Shown: positions 32,043-41,202 of the stretch, piece after piece
Layout of the letters: each line of letters starts with the position of its first letter
How positions within the stretch are numbered: position 1 is the first letter of the stretch
Origin: Hydrurus foetidus
Lineage: Eukaryota
Direction of reading: 5' to 3'
NCBI GenBank assembly: GCA_900617105.1
Contig: UYFQ01000099.1
Span: 1 to 41,202 of the forward strand
DNA: 41,202 nt
Notes under the pieces: generated by a model
Databases searched by the model: none
Told to the model about the DNA's origin: nothing
Seen by the model: the letters and a program-made list of their open reading frames with translations, nothing else
Program-made: the position numbers and the translations under genes

Positions 32043-34673
32043 CTGTCTGAATAAATTGTATGGTTTCCAAGGTGGCAACGTAGTCCTATAATGTATCGCG
32101 TTTTGATAAAATCGAGGACGCGATAAATCTGTTTTTCGCGTTGAATATTGGAGGATCCGCGATACTATCACGTTGGAAATGACTTCGCGTGTCCGGCGAA
32201 TCAAAGTTTTACGTGATAATCTGCACGTGATACTATCACGTATCGCGTTATCACGTGACGGTGAATTGTGGCCTTATCTCGAACTCAGCGGAGTTTGGGA
32301 ATCTAGGTAATAGGTCTAGGAAGTGGACATATATCTGGGTAGGGCTTAGAAATGGGGATGAGGAAATTACGAGGGAACTTTAAACGACTCAAATATCAAG
32401 CGCAACTTCTGATACTTTGTATCATATCCTATCGGTCATTTGATAGCATTTGAAAGCCATAAGATCCTATGTCAGAATAAATAATCAGTAGGTGAAGTTA
32501 AGATTCTTTTAGAGATTCACCGGCATCATCTCTATCATTCTACATTACAACTGACACAAGGAATAGTCCACGTGATTGGAAGTGAGATCCAATCCTCAGT
32601 ACATAATGAACCTCCGGCAGATAAACAAACAAGATGATGGAATATTTTTTTAATAAGCGAATGGAAGAGATGGACGCAATAGAAAAGGAAAATGTGAACA
32701 CAGTGCGAATGCACTTTAATGTCTTTTAGACGAGTATGACAACTAGTTCCTTAAGTTCTTTATCTTGCTCCAGTTTCGGAAAGTAATCATGACAAACAAT
32801 AAATAAAAAAGAAAGAAAATAAAAACGTTTCAAAAAAATTCCTAAAACAGGGGCAAGATGGGAAACTTCGGGAACCTTGGTTCCCGCCCCTATCTTTCCA
32901 TAGAACCATTCTTGATTATCTTGATGACTCGATAACTACAAATGAATGTATAGAATAGGTCCTAATAAGATACAATATGATACAATGCCAAGAACTAAAA
33001 TAGATTGTAACAATTCATGTATTTACTACCTGACAATAAATGGAGTCGTGTTATATATATAGCTTCTACAAAAATTGACTATACGAAAATGCAAACATGA
33101 AAAAATCTCAATCTATACATCAATTTATTACAAAAATTGGCGGTTGGAAAACTGTAAGAATGGACTTGAGAGAAAAGGTTAGTCGCAATGATGGATATTA
33201 CGAGCGAAAGAACAGATATGGATAAATATGGGGGAAAAAAATAATAATAATAATGATAATGATATTATTGCTATTAATAAAAATAACTCTCAATATTAAT
33301 CTAAATGAAGACAAAATATGGGTTGAAATTTCTATGATCAAAAACGACCACAAATTGATAAATTGAGTAAAACATCACATAAATGTGATGTGATGTGTGT
33401 GGTGCTACTTATGCCGTTGAATTATCGTTAATGCATCGTAAATCAACGCGTTATGATGGATTCTTAGCGAATTCAAATTATACTGTCGAGGTCTACAGAC
33501 TTTCCATAGAACCGGTTCTAAATTATAAATTATGCAGTAGAAAATATAGCATTACAAGAGTATCACAGCCCATATAGATGGTGTCAAATTCTCGCCAAAA
33601 ATCAGGTAAAATCTCGTTTTTTAGAAGATTCCCCCCCTTACAAGATTTGTCAAAATAAAACGTGACAAAAACGTTATAAAAATGTCATTTTATAATCCCT
33701 GATTTAAATTATCAGCTGCAGTACAGTAGCAGACGTGCTGCTGGTATTGGTATCAAGCACACGAAGCAAATGCCACCATCACCCGATACTTTCCATCATC
33801 CGGTACCTTCCAATATTTCTGGGACTATAACTAGGTTAATTTGGTCTTTATTTTTGCTTGTAGCAGAGAGTTACGTCAAAATAAAGTTGAAGAGCAAAGT
33901 CAGTCTTGTCAGTCCTATCTTGAAGCTGACAGAACAATCTAGATATATGGGAATCACAATTCAAAATTGCTTACATTTACTTTCGTGTTCAATTAATTAA
34001 ATTAAGTAGAAGAGTAAGGAACAGTTAGCATAGTGCTCAGGACTAGTAAAACTCTTTGACCGTGTATCGGCCAAATCTAAGCTATAACGTCTATTTTAGT
34101 ATAGAGAGCAATAACGGCTAATTTTAGCCGTTATTGCGGCCACCCCGTCAAATCAGAAATTGCTGGTACAGAAATAGCAGACTAAAAATCAGAAGTAGTG
34201 CACACGGCAATATTCCTGATCGTCAGTCTACGTCATACACACCGTGTTTCAAATCAATTGTGTGCGATCGCACATCTAATGGAAGGAAATCAATTAAACT
34301 CTGTTGAAAATAAAATCCGCTTTTGAGAGCAGGAAGGTTTAGTTGGCTCGGACTGGGTCTCGCAGAAGATTCATGGACTCACTGATCCGATCTTCAAATT
34401 AAAACTTGAATGTACCGTACAGCTCTGAGATATCATCGGTCAATTTGTCTTGCTCTGTTGCGAATGAAGTATAAATTCCAACAATGGTCGAGTTTTTATT
34501 CAGTTATTTACGATGGTAAATAGATCAACAGTCGTTACACTTCTAGCTGCATGAGGTAGATATCGAGGAATTGTGGCGATATGGAATTACAATTTGTACG
34601 GTTTGTCGATTTGTATTACAAAACAGAAAGAATTCTTTTAACAAATTTGACAGTATGAAAAAGTACACGGCAA

Positions 34674-35876
34674 TTAATTTTCCTTCTTACTTTGATCGCT
34701 TTTTCGGGAAGGCAATGAAGACTTTAGGTGAACCACAAATTTGGCGATTGATATGTAAGCAAAGGAAATAGTCGGACCAATCAAGAAAACCAATAAAGTG
34801 ATCACAGATCTGTACGTAGGAAAGAGAACCCAAGAGGGGACCAAAGAAAATATCGAAGACATTGCACCAGTTGGACACAGCATGAACTCCACATTGACGC
34901 TCAGTAGTAAATCCAAAATCTGTTTAATGAAGTGGGTGGTGGTAGAAATGATAGGATAAGTGTTGCTGACGATGAGACAGTATTAGTGTCAGAATGTAGG
35001 TTGTGGCATGTGCGATAATTAGAAGATCAATTCGTAGCGAGTGAAATGCGATTGAGAGACTGCAGGCATTGATTAAATTGTATAGAGTTGAATTGGATTG
35101 AACTGAATTAAACTGCACGTATAAAATTAAATTGAGTTGAATTGAAGAACACATCTACTTCGTGAGGATAATGGTGATGTAATCCATACCTCGTATAAGC
35201 TGAAATGCAATAGCGCGAGAATCCAGACGCCAAAACCGATCGTAAAAGTGCTGCTCAGTTCTAGTGCGATACCGTTCGATCTCTGGAGTAGGTGTATTGG
35301 GATCAATATTATCAAATAGTGCTGTATCCAGTACGATATCTCTTCGTAAGGCTGATCCAGTCCAGTCGTGTCTGGGAATAGAAGAGCCAAGAACGTTCCA
35401 CTCAAAGCTGGGAGAATGATAGTGGTTATCACAACTCCCATAGGACCATCTGCATATAGTGCTATGCCCTCCAGTAATAAGATAACATGGCATGGCTGAA
35501 TCAAATTGATCAAAGAGGAGAAATTCCACTTGTAGTAGATCAGTTGGCTATACATCGCAAAATGGACTATAGCAAGAAATCTATCTAGATTTCTGGAAGT
35601 ATTCAAATATTTAGGTCGCTCCAGCTGGATCTTCGCCACAATTTGTAAGTCGCTTAACCTCTTTCCCAAACTGAACAGATGGAATGTCACATAACATACT
35701 AGAATCCAAAAAGAGGATTCTAGAGCATGCCGTTGGAGGCTAACATAAGCCCGACACTCCGCTCCGCCCCACGTCCCACCATATTTCAATGAGCCCGCAA
35801 CCAGTAAATCGTGTATCTTCCCCAAGGCCGAACTTTTGCCCAAAGAGTCAAGAAGGGATCTGTTAAGACTTGACAT
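34674..35876 (-). CDS. TMEM164: TMEM164-family membrane protein, ~310 aa; complement join(35190..35876,34674..34919)
   Basis: GGAEC, LIQPCH, FPDT..PYEEISYWIQH and VNVEFMLCP motifs; several hydrophobic helices. Phase-0 intron GTATGG...AAACAG. Confidence 0.85.
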
Positions 35877-36294
35877 CTGAATAAATGCAACGTTTTTGTG
35901 CGTCAAATCTCAGCAGTGAATGCGTTGAGATTCACCAAGTTCGGAGGGAGTCAACTATGCTGTGAAAAGAGGTTATGTCAAGATTATATTTGCATACAAT
36001 GCTACTCGATCCAATCCTATTCGATTCTGTCAAATAGTATGCAGTCTATGAAGTTATGCATTATGCATGATCAATCTGAGACACTGCTCCTCACAAAGGA
36101 ACAGTGGTAGAGCACGTTCAGACATACAGTACGCAGTACATACAGTATCGTGGGTCGTGGGGTATGTGATGCTTTTTGAAATTCGATTGATTCGACGAAG
36201 TTGTTTCAGCCAGACAAGTCAATGCAGCCACTTAACTACTGCAACAGCCCATTATCGGACTTGAATCAAAATTCTGCCGTATTTCGAACATATT

Positions 36295-37107
36295 TGTTGC
36301 CGCACATCCTTTTTTCTTCTTGCGAGAGACACCGAAGTACAATAAATTTCTGAATTTCCCAGCTGATTATGCGACATATAAGTGCACGAGAAGACGACTT
36401 TCTGACAAAAAATCAGTTATTGATCTAACTGAATTTGATTAATGAGATTCTAAAGGATCCTTTCTTGTAATCCTTAAAGAAACTCTGTTCCTGATCTTTA
36501 GAGCACAATTTTAAGACAGAAAACACTCTTTCAACAAAGGCACCGGATGTCATACCTAAGGTGGCATCCGCTGCTACCTTTTCTCATGACAGCTCCCTTA
36601 TTTTTTCCGGATTGAATTTGTATTTAGTAGTAGTTCTTGCAAAGAATATGGGACTGAAAATTAGAGAAAGGGTCCTGATCCCTTTTCAAAAAAGTGCCGC
36701 TGCTTCTTGGTAAAACCGTTCCTTTAGGGATAACTGATCCCGGTACTGAACTGGTAGGTTGCTAGTGATTCGTTGAGAATACACCTTGTGAAATGCAAGC
36801 CTAGCCAGAGCAGCAGAAAAGTCAACTAGTGTAGGTATAATGACGTGATGTCATATAGTCTCTTTTAATAAGAAGTGGTTAGCATGTCAAAACATCCACT
36901 TCATCAGCTGTATACTAACTGCTAGTATGCTACTTGGTGTGATTCATCACTCCAACATTTCATTCCTGATGTGACCGCGGGTTGGTGTATAGTATCAACC
37001 GGTCTACAAGGAATCATAAAACGTATGCCTAAGCTACAACTATCCGGACTGGATATCGCTCATGATATTATCCCCAAAGGGATTCCTAGTCTACGCATAT
37101 CCCAACA
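36295..37107 (-). repeat. Probable 3' LTR of the Copia element (distal boundary uncertain: 36295 or 36486)
   Basis: On the minus strand a purine-rich TAGGGGTG is followed by TGTTGGGA starting at 37107. Candidate ends are ...GCAACA (36295) and ...GGAACA (36486). Confidence 0.45.
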
Positions 37108-37286
37108 CACCCCTAATGTCATCGACATTCAGTCACATGGTTGTTTAGGTATCATGCAAATTATTTATCATCACATGGTGTTAAAACGTGGTAATTATCA
37201 TAACTAATATAGGTTTCTGCGTAGTTATCATCATAACCATATAGTCAAAAATCACGGTGACTTTTTGAGTGTGAGATAAAGAGATG

Positions 37287-40200
37287 TTACTTTTGTCCCA
37301 TTATTTTCTTGAACATTTTGTCGAAAATCGCACCTTGCAACGGTTTTGTAAAGTAGTCGGAAGTCATTTCCGCCGTGGGAACATAGACAATGTCCACTGC
37401 ACCGTTCTTGATATAGTCCGAGATCCAGAATTTCCGGATCTCGATGAACCTGGTGGTCTCTGCGGTAGACCGACCTTTCGTGAGTAGTGTGATACAGGAT
37501 TGGTTATCCTGCTCCAATCGCACTGGTTGTGGATCGTATCCTTGAAGGCGGATGAAGTCTGCGAGCCATAATGGGATGTTCATCCCGTCGGACACCGCGA
37601 TGATCTCAGCCTCCGTGCTCGACTTGGAATTCAGCTTCTGGACCTTGGAACTCGTGATGAAAAATCCCACCCCTAATGTGACGCACATTCCTGAGGTTGA
37701 TTTCATGTTGTCGCGATTCGCAAATGCAGCATCAATTGATACCGTGACTCTTGGTGGGAGGTCAGCTTTGAGTCGTAGGGGTACGTCACGTACGTACTTC
37801 GCATAGCTGATGACCCTGTCGAGCTTCTTGTCATCCTCGTAGGATGGTGCTTTCACTCGTTTTGAGAGTTCGCCCACCACTGTTGTGAGGCTCGGATGTG
37901 CACGCGAGCATGTCCATGCAATGGTTGCGGTGTCGGTGTGATATATTTCTGCATCCTTGGCACTCAACAGCTCACTGTCAGGGGTTCGATCAAACAGGTG
38001 AGGAGCACCTGGTGAGTGCGGAATTCCAGCGGGTTTGGTTCCGCGGTCTTTGTGAGTCTTCTCTCTTGCAGCGACAATGTCTTGGATCATCCCTGCTTGT
38101 GAAACTTTCACGTATCCTGTTTCACTGTAGTCCCAGGTCAGGCCTAGGTACGATACGATAGGCCCCTGTGTTGTCCTGAATTGGCCGTAAACTTTTAGCA
38201 GGATCTGTTCCATGGCGAGGACAGCGTCCTTGTCAACACACGTCATCTTTAAGTCGTCGACGTAGACAACAATCGTGAATTGCTTTCCTTTGATGCTCTT
38301 GTTAAAGACGCAAAGGTCGCGCGGGTTGGCCGTGAAACCGTTGGACCGTAGGGTTCCGGCTATTTCCTCATACCACAGTTTGGCAGACTCGATACAGCCA
38401 TATAGTGCCTTGTTCAGACGTACCAGAATGCTTCCATTGTGCATTCGGTACGCAGCAAATGACTTGTCTTGTCGTACGATTTCATCCGCCACATCTTTAG
38501 TTACCATCATGTGCAGGATTTTATCCGGTTTATCCAGCGGCATTTTCGCGTTGAGGTACGCGGACCCCACATCACCCACCATAACAAACCGTTTCTCCGC
38601 TGCCGCCAGTTGCGCTACGGTGAATATTGCGGCCATGGAAGCAGTGGGTGATTCGATCTCATCGGGCTTGTAGTCGGTTCGCACTTGCGCGCGCCCATCG
38701 ACACAGAACCTGGCCTTGACCTTGTCGATCTCTCGGTTACCCTCCGAGTTTAGTGTGGGTAGGAACTTCTCCGTGACGTTCATGATCGAACGCAGGATCT
38801 TGTTTCGCTGTGGTTGTGTCAGTTGTGACATGTGCACCCCTGAGAATGTGTCCTTTGCGAGGAGCGATTTGACCTCTGACTCGATGGCGAATGCAGTCTT
38901 TTCCGGGAAGAGCTTCAGTCCCCGAGTAACTGACATCATCGACCAAACATGCGGATTGTCGATTTCTTGTGCTTGAGTTGATACTTCTTCCGCTGTTAAG
39001 TTAAGTCGGTCGATTGGTTTCTTCAGTCTGGATGACTTTTCCCTTGGTTCTATGGGTCGAGGTGTGTACTTACGTACGTTCACCGGTGCACTATCAAAAG
39101 CGTTCTCCTCCGGAATCTCTTCAACGGGCTCCGTTGGTTCCGATATTTCGCCAGAAGTTTCATGTAGGTTTTCTGTGTCTGGAACCGTATCAGTCTCACC
39201 CCGAATCTCCATTGGCGATTGTGTCGGTGGGGATTCAAAACCGATTGGTGCGGTGGGAATTGACGGCGGAAATGGGTCCTGAATGGGTCCGCGGTCTCCG
39301 ATTGGTGCCGCTGTCGGTGGTGCTGCACGAGTAATGTTTCCGACGGCATCATTGTCGACATCATTTGTGATGTCTCGGTCGTGGAATGTGAAGATCGGGT
39401 CGATCGAGGTATGCAGCTTGTTCTTTGCCGCCCACCCATTCACGGTAGTGATAACGATGGGTGGGATCGGCAGTACCACATAGTGGTTCGCATTGATGGT
39501 CGCCCGATTGTCCAACCGAAGGAATGCATGTGTTCCTGTGCCATTCATCTTCGGCTCCAGGTAAAGGCATCCAATCGTGCGCTGGTCCATGCCATTCGAC
39601 ATGGTGCGGTTGGTGACCTGACAGTAGGTGCCGAAAGGTGGACCGATGTCCATCTTTGTATCAGCCTTTCTCCCGAAGAAGGCCTCAAAGGGAGATATTT
39701 TGTCCGTTCGTGTGGACGAAGGGAACAACAGTAGTTTCTTGGAGCAGCTCAGCACCAAGTGATTCATCATCGCGTCAGCGACTAGGTAGGGTAGGCTGTG
39801 TATGGTGGCCCGAATGGTCTCCTTCAGGTGGCGGATCATTCGCTCCACGATGTGATCATGCTGACCTGGTCCGACGAGAGAGACGGCCACACCCATTGCA
39901 TTCATGTCTCCTGCAAGCGCCGCGATCCCTCGTTCATTGTCGCTGGTGAAGCGGGTGATCTTGATACTGCGGGATCCGATGGTGCCGAACATCCTCCTGA
40001 TGCTTTGTCTCAGGATTGGCGCTGTGAGATTCTCCACGCAAGCAACGAGGACAATGCCAAGAGGATGTGTGATGGAAACCAGGAATGGTTGCTTATTGAC
40101 AAACATGACATCACAATGCATGTGTTGCTCATCAGAATCACGGTGACTTTTAAAATCACGGTGACTTCTATAATCACGGTGACTTTGCAATGCTGGGAAT

Positions 40201-41201
40201 GGTCGGGCTCGAACTGTTCGCCCTTTCAGAGCAGCGATGTTGGCACCCCAGATCGCAGTTGCTCGATTAACATCTTCAGGAAGGATGTCGCAGTTGAGGA
40301 ATGCTCCGGCGTTCAAAGCAGAGATCATCTTGGCGTCGGGTGGGAATCCAAGGCTTGCTTGTAGCCGTCGGGCATCGAAGCTTCGAGCAACCTCGCGCTT
40401 GGAGTACGCTGCCTCATTTGCCGTTGTTGTTGGCAAAGGAGCTGAGAAAAAAGGTCCTCCTGCCTTATTGAGAGCGATGGCGGGGTTGGCTGACTCTAAT
40501 CTCGACTTGTTGGAGCTCTCATGTCGAGGCTCTGGTCGTGATGCAAGATCGCAAACATAGAGTCCACCTCGATGTTGAAAGCGATAGGTTTGCTTTGCTG
40601 TGTGCACCAGGAAAGCATCTTGATCAACATGTCCTCCACGTTGGAACTCCCAGTTGTGTCCTTGCAAAAGGATATCCGAAGCTGAAATGATGGAGAGCGC
40701 CGCCCGATCATCGAAGTGAACGATGCCGATATCACCAAGTCTGCCGACTTTTGTCACTGTCAAGGATCCATGCAAGCCCTTAAACACAGTTGGCCGACAC
40801 GTCCAAATCTCTGAGAGAACATCAGCGCTTGTGATGATTGTGCCGGTGGCACCGGTGTCGAAAATCGCTTCGGTCGATGATGGTTGGATTGAAGTTCGGG
40901 TGGCCTGTAGACTGATTCCGTCACCGTCGTCGGGTGGAGATCCTTTCAACGCGACATTGCATCTTCGATCATCATCTTCCATTTCTTCATCCTCTTCATC
41001 ATGCATGTTGCCAAATGATGTGTAATATGAGGAGTGACTGCTCGCCTTGTTTGCCGGCTCTGGATTTTTCTCAAATCGCACCCTTTTTCGGCTCGTCTTT
41101 CGCCTTGCCCGGCATTCAGATTTTCGGTGGCCAAACTTGCCACAGCTGAAACACTCGCCTTCGAACTTTGTTTTTGGCTTGTCTTTGTCAGATTCAGCCT
41201 T
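37287..41201 (-). CDS. Copia gag-pol polyprotein, open to the window edge (>1300 aa)
   Basis: CCHC knuckle CFSCGKFGHRKSEC (~41112-41153) in frame with the 1264-aa ORF. Protease FDTGAT; integrase HCDVMF/TSDNE/VERMIR; RT DVGSAYLNA, LYGCIES, YVDD; RNase H IDAAF, SSTEAE, QDN, DYFTKPL. No stops. Confidence 0.94.
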   Translation of the reverse strand, partial: KAESDKDKPKTKFEGECFSCGKFGHRKSECRARRKTSRKRVRFEKNPEPANKASSHSSYYTSFGNMHDEEDEEMEDDDRRCNVALKGSPPDDGDGISLQATRTSIQPSSTEAIFDTGATGTIITSADVLSEIWTCRPTVFKGLHGSLTVTKVGRLGDIGIVHFDDRAALSIISASDILLQGHNWEFQRGGHVDQDAFLVHTAKQTYRFQHRGGLYVCDLASRPEPRHESSNKSRLESANPAIALNKAGGPFFSAPLPTTTANEAAYSKREVARSFDARRLQASLGFPPDAKMISALNAGAFLNCDILPEDVNRATAIWGANIAALKGRTVRARPFPALQSHRDYRSHRDFKSHRDSDEQHMHCDVMFVNKQPFLVSITHPLGIVLVACVENLTAPILRQSIRRMFGTIGSRSIKITRFTSDNERGIAALAGDMNAMGVAVSLVGPGQHDHIVERMIRHLKETIRATIHSLPYLVADAMMNHLVLSCSKKLLLFPSSTRTDKISPFEAFFGRKADTKMDIGPPFGTYCQVTNRTMSNGMDQRTIGCLYLEPKMNGTGTHAFLRLDNRATINANHYVVLPIPPIVITTVNGWAAKNKLHTSIDPIFTFHDRDITNDVDNDAVGNITRAAPPTAAPIGDRGPIQDPFPPSIPTAPIGFESPPTQSPMEIRGETDTVPDTENLHETSGEISEPTEPVEEIPEENAFDSAPVNVRKYTPRPIEPREKSSRLKKPIDRLNLTAEEVSTQAQEIDNPHVWSMMSVTRGLKLFPEKTAFAIESEVKSLLAKDTFSGVHMSQLTQPQRNKILRSIMNVTEKFLPTLNSEGNREIDKVKARFCVDGRAQVRTDYKPDEIESPTASMAAIFTVAQLAAAEKRFVMVGDVGSAYLNAKMPLDKPDKILHMMVTKDVADEIVRQDKSFAAYRMHNGSILVRLNKALYGCIESAKLWYEEIAGTLRSNGFTANPRDLCVFNKSIKGKQFTIVVYVDDLKMTCVDKDAVLAMEQILLKVYGQFRTTQGPIVSYLGLTWDYSETGYVKVSQAGMIQDIVAAREKTHKDRGTKPAGIPHSPGAPHLFDRTPDSELLSAKDAEIYHTDTATIAWTCSRAHPSLTTVVGELSKRVKAPSYEDDKKLDRVISYAKYVRDVPLRLKADLPPRVTVSIDAAFANRDNMKSTSGMCVTLGVGFFITSSKVQKLNSKSSTEAEIIAVSDGMNIPLWLADFIRLQGYDPQPVRLEQDNQSCITLLTKGRSTAETTRFIEIRKFWISDYIKNGAVDIVYVPTAEMTSDYFTKPLQGAIFDKMFKKIMGQK

Positions 41202-41202
41202 G

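Larger units (their letters stand above)
28528..32273 (+). mobile_element. PIF/Harbinger DNA transposon, full length, 3746 bp
   Basis: Perfect 64-bp TIRs starting GGCCACAATTCACCGTCACGTG (28528-28591 and 32210-32273). TTA TSD at 28525-28527 and 32274-32276. Two convergent ORFs. Confidence 0.96.
36295..41202 (-). mobile_element. Ty1/Copia LTR retrotransposon (CoDi-like), truncated by the window end
   Basis: Domain order gag-PR-INT-RT-RNaseH, plus a PPT/LTR junction. Confidence 0.9.

Noticed and set aside
35085..35150. Similarity of the TMEM164 intron to the Harbinger minisatellite (GTTGAATTGGATTG)
   Set aside because: This is low-complexity pentamer sequence and the minisatellite core is absent.
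37552..41149. Numerous plus-strand ORFs of 60-188 aa
   Set aside because: They are antisense shadows of the Copia polyprotein; the same applies to those opposite rsmH, ECD, MPST and Gypsy pol.

Overview
Eukaryotic nuclear DNA with GT-AG introns. It is probably from a plastid-bearing stramenopile (ochrophyte), inferred from a bipartite-like presequence on RsmH and a CoDi-like Copia element. About 60% of the window is transposon-derived. Six host genes were reconstructed by hand: RsmH/MraW (2 exons), an LLPH/DUF2423-like protein, ecdysoneless/SGT1 (5 exons, minus), monofunctional catalase (12 exons, ending SNL), 3-mercaptopyruvate sulfurtransferase (minus) and TMEM164 (2 exons, minus). Mobile elements: the 3' half of a chromodomain Ty3/Gypsy element with PPT and LTR; a pogo-like DD35D element (4074-8546) with a spliced ~813-aa transposase; two TA-flanked non-autonomous elements plus a nested MITE; a 5.6-kb hAT deletion derivative (17371-22952, 8-bp TSD); a full-length PIF/Harbinger (28528-32273, 64-bp perfect TIRs, TTA TSD); and an open Ty1/Copia gag-pol running off the right edge. 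The hAT derivative is the most unusual structure. It sits between the divergent ecdysoneless and catalase genes and carries a 10.5-copy 351-bp tandem array, a lone dimerisation-domain exon and 21-bp-phased subterminal motifs. No rRNA, tRNA or CRISPR array was recognised. I found no clearly new enzymatic system; the novelty candidates are TE architectures and orphan TE-encoded proteins. All calls come from reading motifs; no database search was run.
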